This document shows positions 22,959-34,249 of a stretch of 64,000 nt of DNA, one piece after another. The stretch's first letter is position 1. Every line of letters begins with the position of its first letter. The position numbers and the translations under genes were made by a program. Below the pieces are notes generated by a model that ran no database searches, was not told the DNA's origin, and was given only the letters and a program-made list of their open reading frames with translations. Source of the DNA: Podarcis muralis (Eukaryota); assembly GCF_964188315.1 (NCBI RefSeq), contig NC_135661.1, positions 91,822,001-91,886,000 of the forward strand, read 5' to 3'.

Positions 22959-23120
22959 GCTACCAGGTGACGGTGCTGGTGCGGGACCCGGTCCGGCTGC
23001 CGCCAGAGCCCCACCCGGCACAGGTGGTGGTGGGGGACGTCCTGAACCCGGCGGACGTCGACCGAGCCGTGAAGGGGCAGGACGCCGTGATCGTCATCCT
23101 GGGCACCCGCAATGACCTCA
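22959..23120 (+). CDS. BLVRB: BLVRB exon 2
   Basis: (G)[53 protein letters not shown](S). AG at 22957-22958, GT at 23121. Confidence 0.97.
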
Positions 23121-23130
23121 GTAGGCGAAG

Positions 23131-26100
23131 CTGCCCCCTCCCTCCCTCCCCCCGCCTGCCCTGCCCTGCCCTGCCCCCTCCCTCCCTCCGCCTGCCCTGC
23201 CCCCCCGCCTGCCCTGCCCCCTCCCTCCCTCCCCCGCCTGCCCTGCCCCCTCCCTCCCCCCGCCTGCCCTGCCCCCTCCCTCCCTCCCCCACCTGCCCTG
23301 CCCCCTCCCTCCCTCCCCCCGCCTGCCCTGCCCCCTCCCTCCCTCCCCCCGCCTGCCCTGCCCCCTCCCTCCCCCGCCTGCCCTGCCCCTCCCTCCCCCC
23401 GCCTGCCCTGCCCCCTCCCTCCCTCCCCCCGCCTGCCCTGCCCCCTCCCTCCCTCCCCCCGCCTGCCCTGCCCCCTCCCTCCCTCCCCCCGCCTGCCCTG
23501 CCCCCTCCCTCCCCCGCCTGCCCTGCCCCTCCCTCCCCCGCCTGCCCTGCCCCCTCCCTCCCTCCCCCCGCCTGCCCTGCCCCCTCCCTCCCTCCCCCCG
23601 CCTGCCCTGCCCCCTCCCTCCCTCCCCCCGCCTGCCCTGCCCCCTCCCTCCCCCGCCTGCCCTGCCCCTCCCTCCCCCCGCCTGCCCTGCCCCCTCCCTC
23701 CCTCCCCCCGCCTGCCCTGCCCCCCTCCCTCCCTCCCCCCGCCTGCCCTGCCCCCCTCCCTCCCTCCCCCGCCTGCCCTACCCCCTCCCTCCCTCCCCCC
23801 GCCTGCCCTGCCCCCTCCCTCCCTCCCCCCGCCTGCCCTGCCCCCTCCCTCCCTCCCCCTGCCTGCCCTGCCCCCCCACCTGCCCTGCCCCCTCCCTCCC
23901 TCCCCCCGCCTGCCCTGCCCCCTCCCTCCCTCCGCCTGCCCTGCCCCCTCCCTCCCTCCCCCTGCCTGCCCTGCCCCTCCCTCCCCCGTCTGCGCTGCCC
24001 CTCCCTTCCCCCGCCTGCCCTGCCCCTCCCTCCCCCGCCTGCCCTACCCCCTCCCTCCCTCCCCCCGCCTGCCCTGCCCCCTCCCTCCCTCCCCCCGCCT
24101 GCCCTGCCCCCTCCCTCCCTCCCCCTGCCTGCCCTGCCCCCCCGCCTGCCCTGCCCCCTCCCTCCCTCCCCCTGCCTGCCCTGCCCCCTCCCTCCCCCGC
24201 CTGCCCTGCCCCTCCCTTCCCCCGCCTGCCCTGCCCCCTCCCTCCCTCCCCCGCCTGCCCTGCCCCCTCCCTCCCTCCCTCCGCCTGCCCTGCCCCCCCG
24301 CCTGCCCTGCCCCCTCCCTCCCCCCGCCTGCCCTGCCCCCTCCCTTCCCCCGCCTGCCCTGCCCCCTCCCTCCCTCCCCCCGCCTGCCCTGCCCCCTCCC
24401 TCCCCCGCCTGCCCTGCCCCCTCCCTCCCTCCCTCCGCCTGCCCTGCCCCCCCGCCTGCCCTGCCCCCTCCCTCCCCCCGCCTGCCCTGCCCCCTCCCTC
24501 CCTCCCCCCGCCTGCCCTGCCCCCTCCCTCCCCCGCCTGCCCTGCCCCCTCCCTCCCCCGCCTGCCCTGCCCCCTCCCTTCCCCCGCCTGCCCTGCCCCC
24601 TCCCTCCCTCCCCCCGCCTGCCCTGCCCCCCTCCCTCCCTCCCTCCGCCTGCCCTGCCCCCCCGCCTGCCCTGCCCCTCCCTCCCCCGCCTGCCCTACCC
24701 CCTCCCTCCCTCCCCCACCTGCCCTGCCCCCCCTCCCTCCCCCGCCTGCCCTGTCCCCTCCCTCCCCCCGCCTGCCCTGCCCCCCTGCCTGCCCTGCCCC
24801 TCCCTCCCTCCCCCGCCTGCCCTGCCCCCTCCCTCCCTCCGCCTGCCCTGCCCCCTCCCTCCCCCCGCCTGCCCTGCCCCCCTCCCTCCCTCCCTCCGCC
24901 TGCCCTGCCCCTCCCTCCCCCCGCCTGCCCTACCCCTCCCTCCCCCACCTGCCCTGCCCCCTCCCTCCCTCCCTCCGCCTGCCCTGCCCCTCCCTCCCCC
25001 CGCCTGCCCTACCCCCTCCCTCCCCCACCTGCCCTGCCCCCCTCCCTCCCTCCCTCCGCCTGCCCTGCCCCCCGCCTGCCCTGCCCCTCCCTCCCCCCAC
25101 CTGCCCTGCCCCCTCCCTCCCTCCCCCCGCCTGCCCTGTCCCCTCCCTCCCTCCCCCGCCTGCCCTGCCCCCTCCCTCCCCCGCCTGCCCTGCCCCCTCC
25201 CTCCCTCCCCCCGCCTGCCCTGCCCCCTCCCTCCCTCCCCCGCCTGCCCTGCCCCCTCCCTCCCTCCCCCGCCTGCCCTGCCCCCTCCCCCCGCCTGCCC
25301 TGCCCCCTCCCCCCGCCTGCCCTGCCCCCTCCCTCCCCCCGCCTGCCCTGCCCCCTCCCTCCCTCCCCCGCCTGCCCTGCCCCTCCCCCCACCTGCCCTG
25401 CCCCCTCCCTCCCTCCCCCCGCCTGCCCTGCCCCCCTCCCCCGCCTGCCCCGCCCCCTCCCTCCCTCCCCCGCCTGCCCTGCCCCCTCCCTCCCTCCCCC
25501 CACCTGCCCTGCCCCCTCCCTCCCTCCCCCCGCCTGCCCTGCCCCCCTCCCTCCCTCCGCCTGCCCTGCCCCCCTCCCTCCCTCCCTCCGCCTGCCCTGC
25601 CCTGCCCCTCCCTCCCCCTGCCTGCCCTGCCCCCTCCCTCCCCCCGCCTGCCCTGCCCCCTCCCTCCCTCCCCCCGCCTGCCCTGCCCCCTCCCTCCCTC
25701 CCCCGCCTGCCCTGCCCCCTCCCTCCCTCCCCCCGCCTGCCCTGCCCCCTCCCTCCCTCCCCCCGCCTGCCCTGCCCCCTCCCTCCCCCCGCCTGCCCTG
25801 CCCCCTCCCTCCCCCCGCCTGCCCTGCCCCCTCCCCCCCCGCCTGCCCTGCCCCCTCCCTCCCCCCGCCTGCCCTGCCCCCTCCCTCCCTCCCCCCGCCT
25901 GCCCTGCCCCCCCTCCCTCCCTCCGCCTGCCCTGCCCCCCGCCTGCCCTGCCCCCTCCCTCCCCCCGCCTGCCCTGCCCCCTCCCTCCCCCGCCTGCCCT
26001 GCCCCCTCCCTCCCTCCCTCCGCCTGCCCTGCCCCCCCTCCCTCCCCCCGCCTGCCCTGCCCCCTCCCTCCCTCCCCCCGCCTGCCCTGCCCCCTCCCTC

Positions 26101-26546
26101 CCTCCCCCACCTGCCCTGCCCCCTCCCTCCCCCCGCCTGCCCTGCCCTGCCCCCTCCCTCCCTCCCTCCCCCCGCCTGCCCTGCCCCCTCCCTCCCTCCC
26201 CCCGCCTGCCCTGCCCCCTCCCTCCCTCCCTCCCCCCGCCTGCCCTGCCCCCTCCCTCCCCCCACCTGCCCTGCCCCCTCCCTCCCTCCTGCCTGCCCTG
26301 CCCCCCCTCCCTCCCTCCGCCTGCCCTGCCCCCCGCCTGCCCTGCCCCTCCCTCCCCCCGCCTGCCCTACCCCCTCCCTCCCCCACCTGCCCTGCCCCCT
26401 CCCTCCCTCCCCCCGCCTGCCCTGTCCCCTCCCTCCCTCCCCCCGCCTGCCCTGCCTCCTCCCTCCCTCCCCCCGCCTGCCCTGCCCTACCCCTCCCTCC
26501 CCCGAATGCCCTGCCCCCTGACTCCCCCGCCTGCCCTGCCCCCTCC
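23131..26546. repeat. GC-rich minisatellite filling BLVRB intron 2; unit about 22-34 nt, consensus CCCCCTCCCTCCCTCCCCCCGCCTGCCCTG
   Basis: Continuous tandem array; units vary mainly in the number of CCCT modules and C-run length. Confidence 0.98.
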
Positions 26547-26593
26547 TGCGCCCCTTGGCTGATCTTTCTCCTCCTTCTCCCTCCCTACGCCAG

Positions 26594-26683
26594 GTCCTAC
26601 CACCATGATGTCTGAAGGCACCCGGAACATTGTGGCGGCCATGAAATCCCACGGCATCCGCAAAGTCGTGGTTTGTCTCTCAG
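26594..26683 (+). CDS. BLVRB: BLVRB exon 3
   Basis: (S)[29 protein letters not shown](A). AG at 26592-26593, GT at 26684; 90 nt. Confidence 0.96.
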
Positions 26684-26739
26684 GTCAGCTGCTCCAGGCA
26701 GAACTTCTCTAAGCCAACAGGGCTATTCTCTTGGTGTGT

Positions 26740-27315
26740 AGAGTACGCTGAGCAAGATTGTCTTCCATGAACAGGGTCTTAACAGTGAGTCCGTAAGCGA
26801 CTGTGGAGGCCAATTCTGGATCCACACCTCCTTCCACAGTGGGGATATTTGTTTCCGGGCAGAAGTTGATCCCAGTGAGGGTTTGCCAAGCCTGCCTTCC
26901 TCTTTGCACGTTTCTCCTTTGTGTCCTGAGTTCGAGTGTCTTCAAAGCCCAGGACACCTTTGGTCAAGGCTGTTCTCCAACTGGAGCACTCGCAGGCCAG
27001 TGTTTCCCAGTTGTCAGTGTTTATGCTACATTTTTAAAGATTTGCCTTGAGACAGTCTTTAAACTTCTTTTGTTGACCACCAGCATTACACTTTCCATTC
27101 TTAAGTTCAGAATAGAGGAGTTGCTTTGGAAGACAATCATCAGGCATCCGCACAACATGACCAGTCCAACGAAGTTGATGTTGAAGAATCATTGCTTCGA
27201 CACGAGTGATCTTTGCTTCTTCCAGTACACAGATATTAGTTCGCCCGTCTTCCCAAGTGATGTGTAGAATTTTTCGGAGACACCGTTGATGGAATCTTTT
27301 GAGGAGTTGGAGATG
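26740..27315 (-). mobile_element. RTE-clade LINE 3' fragment in BLVRB intron 3
   Basis: C-terminal zinc-finger-like ...PHCGRRCGSRIGLHSRLRTHC; same family at about 55711-56035 and 60424-61235. Confidence 0.8.
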
Positions 27316-28596
27316 GGGCCCAAAATATTACAAATACCAATAGGATGTTTATTTATCTTCTGGCTTTTTCATGGATTAGTGGCTTATGCAAATTAAAACA
27401 ACAGAGAGGAGATACAGGAAGTTAAGCATGCATAAAAGGCAATTGTTTAAAAGGAATTAAAGCAATATTTAAAAAACCAAATTTTAAAATACGGGCAACC
27501 ACCCCTCCCACTTTTGCATGTGACCGCACAGGAAATTGATCAATTCAAATGGTGGGAGAGAGCTGGAAAGAGGCCGTCAGTGAGCCAAAAGTCCAGAAAT
27601 AAAGGTTTAAAAGAAAAAAGAAATAATGGGCTCTGAAATGGCCCCTGGGATCTCTCACAGCTGTCTCACTGCCTCACTCAGCAGCTGTTGGTTTGGAAGC
27701 TGTCTTGCCGTGGGCTCTGCCCTTTCTGGTGCTCTGGAGGCAAAGGTATTTCTGATACCTCTTAAATCACCCTCGTCCCACGCTCTGATGAGGCTCCCCA
27801 CGCGGGTACGTGTTGCTTATGTGGGGGGGGGGGGCCTGGAACGCAACGCCTGCGTAAGGGGGAGATCTCGGGGCGCCTTTCTCCGCTTGGACCCCCAAGC
27901 GCTGCAGGGGAAATGCCCAAAGGCAGCTTGGCATGGTCTTCCTGTGACACTTTGGGCTAGTGGGCCGTAGAGAGGAGAAGAGCCAAGTGTGCCTAATAGT
28001 TAGAGCCAGGCGCGGTTGCCAGCAACTTGCAACTCTTCAGTGAGAGCTGAAGTGGGAATGGGGTGCAAGGGGCAGGAGGCAGGGCCAGCAGTTTAGTGGC
28101 AATACATTGAAATATGATGCGGTGACTGTGTTGAAGGTTGGGGCTCCCTAAGAGTGGCCAGGTGGTCTGTAGACAGACAGTGAACCAGCATCTGGCACAG
28201 CTCATTACAAACACTGCAAGAGGCAGAAAAATCTTCACCCAGACCAGTGTTGCAGTTTGGGAACGGCTGGGTTGGGGTCTCTTAAGATCCCCATAAAGAT
28301 CCCCAAAGCATAGAATATTACTTAGATTTTCAAAGCCTCTTACAAATTCTTACCGTCACACCTCTGCCCTTCTTCACATTTTGCAGATGACTCTGGCCCA
28401 GGTGGGGCTTGAACTTAGGTGCCCAAGATCAGGTCTCTGCCCCGCAGCTCTTGAGCCTTCCTTGACCAGGGGTGTGGGGTGGGGAGCACCCTTGGCCTCT
28501 GCCCCCCGCCCTGGGAGAGAGACGGGTGGGGCGCCTGCTGCAGGGTCTGATCCTGCCGCCCAGCTCTCCACTCTCCTTTTCTGGCCTTGCTTGCAG

Positions 28597-28728
28597 CCTT
28601 CCTGATGTGGGACCTGGACAAGGTGCCGGCCAAGCTGCGCCCAGTGACCGAGGACCACATCCGGATGCAGCAGATCCTCAAGGAGTCGGGGCTGGACTGC
28701 GTCTACGTCATGCCCCCCCACATCGCGG
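28597..28728 (+). CDS. BLVRB: BLVRB exon 4
   Basis: (A)FLMWDLDKVPAKLRPVTEDHIRMQQILKESGLDCVYVMPPHIA(G); canonical boundaries. Confidence 0.97.
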
Positions 28729-29367
28729 GTGCGTCTCTGGGCTGTGGCGAGGGGGTCGGAGGGAGGGCTCTGCAGTGGGGGGAGAGCAGCTCTTCCCCCT
28801 TGGTGTGGGCGGGTGTCTGTCTAAGACACACCTCTGCTCATCGGCCTTTGTTTCCTTTCTTCCACTTCTATCCCACCATTTCCCCTCCAGGGAGCTCAAG
28901 GCGGTTTGCATCTCACAATCCCCCCAACAACCTGCGAGGCAGGCTGAGCGGAGAGATGCAGCAACTGGGCCTCAAGGTCACCCAGAGAGCTCTCTTCATG
29001 GCCGGGGGGGGGGGGGGGGGGAGTTGAACCCTCCTCTCCCAGGTCCTGGTCCGGCACTCTAACCGCTGCACCACCCTGCTTCTGTGTTCCCAACCAAGGA
29101 AGGTTGACCCCCTCAATGATTTTAAAAACCAGGGAAACCCTGAAAAACCTGGCAGCACAGGACACGGATGAAATCCCAAACACCATTACCGTTTAAGCTA
29201 CACGCCTGTTTTATTCATCCAAGAAGCTAGGAAGGTGCAGGAGGGGAAGGAGAATTTGCGTTGGGGGGGGATTTCTGTCTCAGCTGTTGGGTCTTTTGGG
29301 GGAGATCCCTCACAGGCTCCATTCCCTGGACCAGCTCACCTGGGCTCTCTTCCTCCTCCTCCTCCAG

Positions 29368-29531
29368 GTGACCAGCCGCTCACGGGCGACTACACGGTGA
29401 CCGTGGACACGTCCAGCGGCTCCAGAGTCATCTCCAAGCACGACCTCGGGCATTTTTTCCTCAAGTGCCTGGCCACCTCCGAGTACGACGGGAAGAACGT
29501 CTACCTCTCCAGGCACTACCCCAAGGAATGA
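29368..29531 (+). CDS. BLVRB: BLVRB exon 5 (stop codon)
   Basis: (G)[53 protein letters not shown]. The five exons total 633 nt = 210 aa + stop. Confidence 0.97.
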
Positions 29532-30275
29532 GGCCGGCCGGCCACCATCGCCCTGCTGGCCTCTCTGCCTCTGCGGAGGTCAATGATGAAGCCTCGTCCC
29601 ATTGACAAAAGGGAAATTCTCCATCGCTGATGCCGCCCCTCCACCCGCCCCTCTCTGCCTCGTGTGCTATAATGAGTGCCTTTCTCCCCTTAACATGAGC
29701 CATGGGGGGGTGAGCTGCCCACCCAGCGCCCTCCGTGCCACAAAGGCGCCTTGACTGGTGTTGCTGCATGCCTGTGTTTTCCTGTGTTCAACAGCGGCTG
29801 TGCTTGTCCCGCTCTCCCCCGCCAGTGTCCTTGTGCAGTGATTTGAGCCGCTATGTTCTCCCCGCCACATCCCAAGAGAAGGGAGCGAGGCTAGGGGGTC
29901 CCTGGGGAACGAGGCGCTGCTTGCTTGGTCCAAGAAGTCTCTTATAGGGGTCAGGAATGTGTCAGCTTCAGGAGTACACAGAACTATTGGGCAGAATAGC
30001 AGCCTGAGTGGCCAGGACCCATCGGAAGGGAGTGAGGTTTTTGTATTGTAAGACATTATTTAGCTGAAAAGGGATTGATAGATGTATTAAATGGTAAGAT
30101 TACTAATTGTTACAGAGCAGTCTGGAATGGGAGTGGCTAAATCATAAAGTATTTGCATTAATGTTAATGGGTAACCTTGCTCTCTCTCTATGACTATGGA
30201 ACCTCCTTCCCTCTTCCTTGCTGAAGAGTTCTGTGTAACGGGAAAGCTTACATACTTGTTAACAAAAGTTAATCA

Positions 30276-30281
30276 AATAAA
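30276..30281 (+). terminator. Candidate BLVRB polyadenylation signal
   Basis: AATAAA about 750 nt after the stop, followed by a T-rich tract. Confidence 0.6.
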
Positions 30282-30457
30282 AAGTATATTTTGACCTATT
30301 TCAATCCTTCGGGTCCTGATGTCACCACTGGGAACCAGTTGAGAGTTGTATGGATGCAACTGTGGTTGAGCATTCTGTTCTCAAAGTGGCCAGCCCCTTG
30401 CCCATCGCAGGAGCTGAGCACAAGGGCAGCTCTCCCTCCTGCAGTTGTCAGCAACTA

Positions 30458-30953
30458 CAGTGGTCCCTTGGTTCTCAAATGCCTTGGTACTCAAACAACT
30501 TGGAACCCAAACACTGCAAACCTGGAAGTGTTCCAGTTTGCAAACTTTTTTTGGAAGCCAAACGTGCTCCATTTTGAGTGTTACGCTTCCGATTTGAGTG
30601 TTATGCTGAGGTCTCTCTGTTTTTGCTATTTATTTTGTGTTTTTGTATTTGCTGCTCTTTTTGTTTTGTTTTTGGGACTGTGTGGAACCCAGGTCAGCTA
30701 CTGATTGATTGATTGATTGATTGATTGTGTGACTGCAGTACATTGTTTATTGCTTTCGTTTTGTGGATCAGTGGTCTTGTTAGATGGTAAAATTCATGTT
30801 AAATTTCTGTTTTAGGGGTGGTTTTTAGAAGTCTGGAACAGATTAATCTGTTTTGCATTACTTTCTATGGGAAAGAACGACTTGGTTTTGTAACGCTTTG
30901 GTTTTGAAACAGACTTCCGGAATGGATTAAGTTTGAGAACCAAGATGCCACTG
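30458..30953. mobile_element. Tc1/mariner (Tigger-like) MITE with internal (GATT)6
   Basis: TA TSD; TIRs cagtggtcccttggttctcaaa / tttgagaaccaagatgccactg. Confidence 0.85.
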
Positions 30954-31811
30954 TAGAACGTATTTGGGAGAATGAACTTAGCATCGCAGGAGGGAGTTGG
31001 GCTAGATGCCCCTTTGGGTCTCTTCCAGCTCAAGAATCCTACCATTCTTGCTCCCCAGCTGAGCCTCCTGCTTCCTGGTTAAGCATGTCTCTTGGCCATT
31101 ACCCAGAGGAGGGGTGGGCAGAGTCTGGGGTGGGGAGGTGGGTGGGCTGCCTGCCCTGGAGGATCCCCTGCCTTTCAGCTGGATCCACATAAGTACACAA
31201 ACACACAGGGGCACCTGAGGCCCCGTGCTGGGGCTTATGGGGGGGGGGGAGAGAGACTTCCTTCTTTCCTGCCTGGGTGAGTGATTTAGACCCAGCCATT
31301 GTCCTCCCTTCCTCTCCTCTCAATCTCTACACCTGGCACTTTCATGCTCTTCTGTCACAAGGACCAAGAAAGGGCAGCCTAGCTGTGCCTGCATCCCTTC
31401 CTCTTACAGGTTTGGGTTGAAGACCCGGGAAGGCTAAACTGAGTCCCTGAGCTAGGAGACACTTTATCCGATGCATGAAAGGGCTGGTTTCTGCCAGCAG
31501 GTGCCTAGAATCAGAACTGTAGAGCTGAAGGGTCTAACCCACTGCAGGACACAGAGGTGTAAGCGGGAAAGTGTGCAGGTTGGGTTTAAATACGTGTTTT
31601 GGCCATTGTCTTTATTCAACCCCAAATGCACAGACATTTTGATCAACTGCAATTCGCTTCTCATGGTGGAGATTTAATTTAATTTGCACTGTGGTAAGAT
31701 GTCTCCCCTTTTCATTATGGTCATTCCTATTGCACGGCCCCTCTGGAATTCCAAGCAGCCAGTTAAACTTGTGGAACTCCCTGCTGCTAGATTCCCCCTG
31801 CCCTCACAGGC

Positions 31812-32327
31812 AGGGCCCGATTTAGGTTTTATGAGGCCCTAAGCTACTGAAGGGAATGGGGCCCTTGATATGTCCAACTGTCCTTTGCCAACGACAAATT
31901 GTTGCTGTTTTTGGTGTTGAATATATGCTAGATGGTAATTGATGGACCTCATAGGTATCTGAAGCCATTTGCCCATGTTGCCCTGCAACCAGTCCATGCA
32001 GATTGTGGGCACCCTATATATAGAAAGGAGCAAACCAGGGATATTTTAGGGAGTAGGCAAGCAGGCGGAGCCCATGACTTACATCATAGGAGCCTACACA
32101 ACACAAAATAATAATAATAAAATAAAATTTTATTTATATCCCGCCCTCCCCAGCCGAAGCCGGGCTCAGAGCGGTTGGTGTATGTAGGTTTTATTTTATT
32201 TGTTTTTTATCTTCTGTTTTGGAAATGTACATCCAGGTTTTTTCCTCCCTTTAAATTTTTTTGGGGGCCCCCAAGAGAATGGGGCCCTAAGCTAGAGCTT
32301 GTTTAGCTTATACGTAAATCCAGCACT
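31812..32327 (+). mobile_element. Second copy of the 20238-20683 family, interrupted by a short LINE 3' end (about 32107-32175)
   Basis: Ends agggcccgattt / aatccagcact; lies just upstream of the SERTAD3 CpG island. Confidence 0.7.
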
Positions 32328-32389
32328 GCTCACAGGGCTCTAAAGAACCCAGGCGTCCGGGTGGCTTAGGCGCTGGACTTGAGACCTAG

Positions 32390-33070
32390 GAGGGAGGCTG
32401 CGGCGCCACCTGGAGGCCGAAGCGAAGCAGCGCCGCTGGAGCGCAAGGGGCGGCACCTGGACCTTGCCAGGTGAGGGTCTCTCCCCGGCCAATGAGAGGG
32501 CCTGCTTCCCGACCAGCCCACCAATGGGCGCGGAGCTGGCCCCCGCCGCTGCTGGGAACGCCGATCGCCGGGGATCAGAAGCCAGAAACGTGCCGCGTTT
32601 TCTATCGGCGCTTCCGCAGCTCCCGGCCAGGTGAGCGGCCCCGGCCAGGTAAGCAGCCCCTTCTTCTCCTCCTGTGCAAAGAGCGGGGGGATCTGCAACC
32701 TTTGGCTCGCTGACTCCGGGGCAAGATGACCTTGGCGAGGAGACCCCCGAAAGGGCTCGCTTCGCAGCCCCGGAGTGCGCCCGTGGTTTTCCCAGGACTT
32801 AATCCGGGGTAGTTCTCTAGTCCGCGGTGAGGCTCGCTGACTTCGGATTTGGGCTGAGCTGGGGCTTGTTCCTCCAGCCAGCCCCCCCCCCCACCGCTCC
32901 CCAATTTTCCCTCTGCAGGGAGAGCAGCGGGTCCTTTGCGCGCCCTGCACCCATCCTGCTCTCTGGAGTTTGCGCGTCCATTTCCTGCCCGCGGAGGGGG
33001 GAGGTGGCGAAAAGTCCGGCCTGGGCGCTTGAATGGCTCGGGGGTGAGTCATGGCCAGAGGCTCGGGAGC
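32390..33070 (+). promoter_or_regulatory. CpG island promoter / non-coding first exon(s) of the SERTAD3-like gene
   Basis: CpG-rich; CCAAT boxes near 32490 and 32521; donors CAG|GTGAG (32470, 32630) and CAG|GTAAG (32648). Confidence 0.7.
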
Positions 33071-34249
33071 GGGCAGGGGAGGGTCATTCTCCAGGGAGCA
33101 ACTTTGCAATGGAGAGGGAACCCTGGGCAGCTACCTGGCAGTGGGGGGGGGGGCACAGTTTAGGCCTGCAGGAATTGGCCCCCTTTTTGAGTCCAGGGCT
33201 CCTTTAGGAACCAGAGCAACCCATCCAGGCACCACTTTGAAACCTCTGCTCCTTTTGGGACCTGCCCAAAACAGGAGTTTCACCAAGAAACCGAGGGCAA
33301 GGTCTCCACTCAGTCTGAGCCCCAAATAAGAAACCAGACCCCTAAGCCTCAAAAAAAAAAAAACCCTTCCCCTCCAGGGATCACACCCGAGGAGTAAACA
33401 CTGGGCTCTCCTGGTCTGTGCCTCCCAGTTTCCTTGGTGGGGGCAGGAAGGCGCAGGATTGTGGAGAAAATGGGGACTGCAGTAAAAAGTTTGTTGACCT
33501 CCAGTGAAGCTGAATGTTGGAGGATTCAGGACAGATAAAAGTAAGGGCTTCTTCACGTAGCCCAGAATTAAACTTTGGAACTCCCTGCCACAGGAGGCAG
33601 GGATGGCCACCAACTCAGATGGCTTTCAAAGAGGATTGGACAAACTCATGGAGGAGGAGGGGGCTTCTGAGGGCTGCTAGCCAGGATGGCTGTGTGCTAC
33701 GACCCTCCACTGCTGGAGGCCGTAAATGCCTCTTGAGTGCCACTTGCTGGGGGAAAGCCAAAGGGGGGGGGGGTCACTGTTGTACTTATGGTCTGCTTAT
33801 GGGCTTCTTTCCATTGGGCATCTGGGGGGCCACTGTGGGAACAAGAAAAGAACATGATTGTTGGATCAGCCATCTAGCCCAGGACCCCGTTCTCACAGCC
33901 TGGGCATCTAGATAGACTGCCTCTGGGCCTGGAGGTTCCATCAGAAGAATGTGCCCTCTGGATCAGGCCAACTGGGGCCCATCTAGCCCAGGACCCCGTT
34001 CTCACAGTGGCCAGCCAGGTGCCTTTTCTGGGAAACTGGCAGGCCGGATCCGAGCATGAGAGCAGCTCTGCCCTCCTGCGGTTTCCAGCAGCTGGCCTTC
34101 AGAAGCTTTGCTGCCTCCATTGCGGCTGGTAGCCACCCCTTCTGCTTAGGGCCCACCTCTGTGCTGTGGCCAGTGTGGTCTTGCGAGCCCTGGCCTTGCT
34201 GGGCTCCATCCTGACCTGTGCCGCCTTCCTCCCTCTCTCCAGGGAGACC

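Noticed and set aside
22960-26652. Very long Pro-rich and Gly/Arg-rich ORFs (547-1184 aa) as genes
   Set aside because: They come from a stop-free tandem repeat inside BLVRB intron 2; the real exons splice around it with correct phase.
34166-34249. Signal-peptide-like N-terminal extension of the SERTAD3 ORF
   Set aside because: Starts at GTG and runs through the polypyrimidine tract and acceptor (34241-34242); it is intronic.
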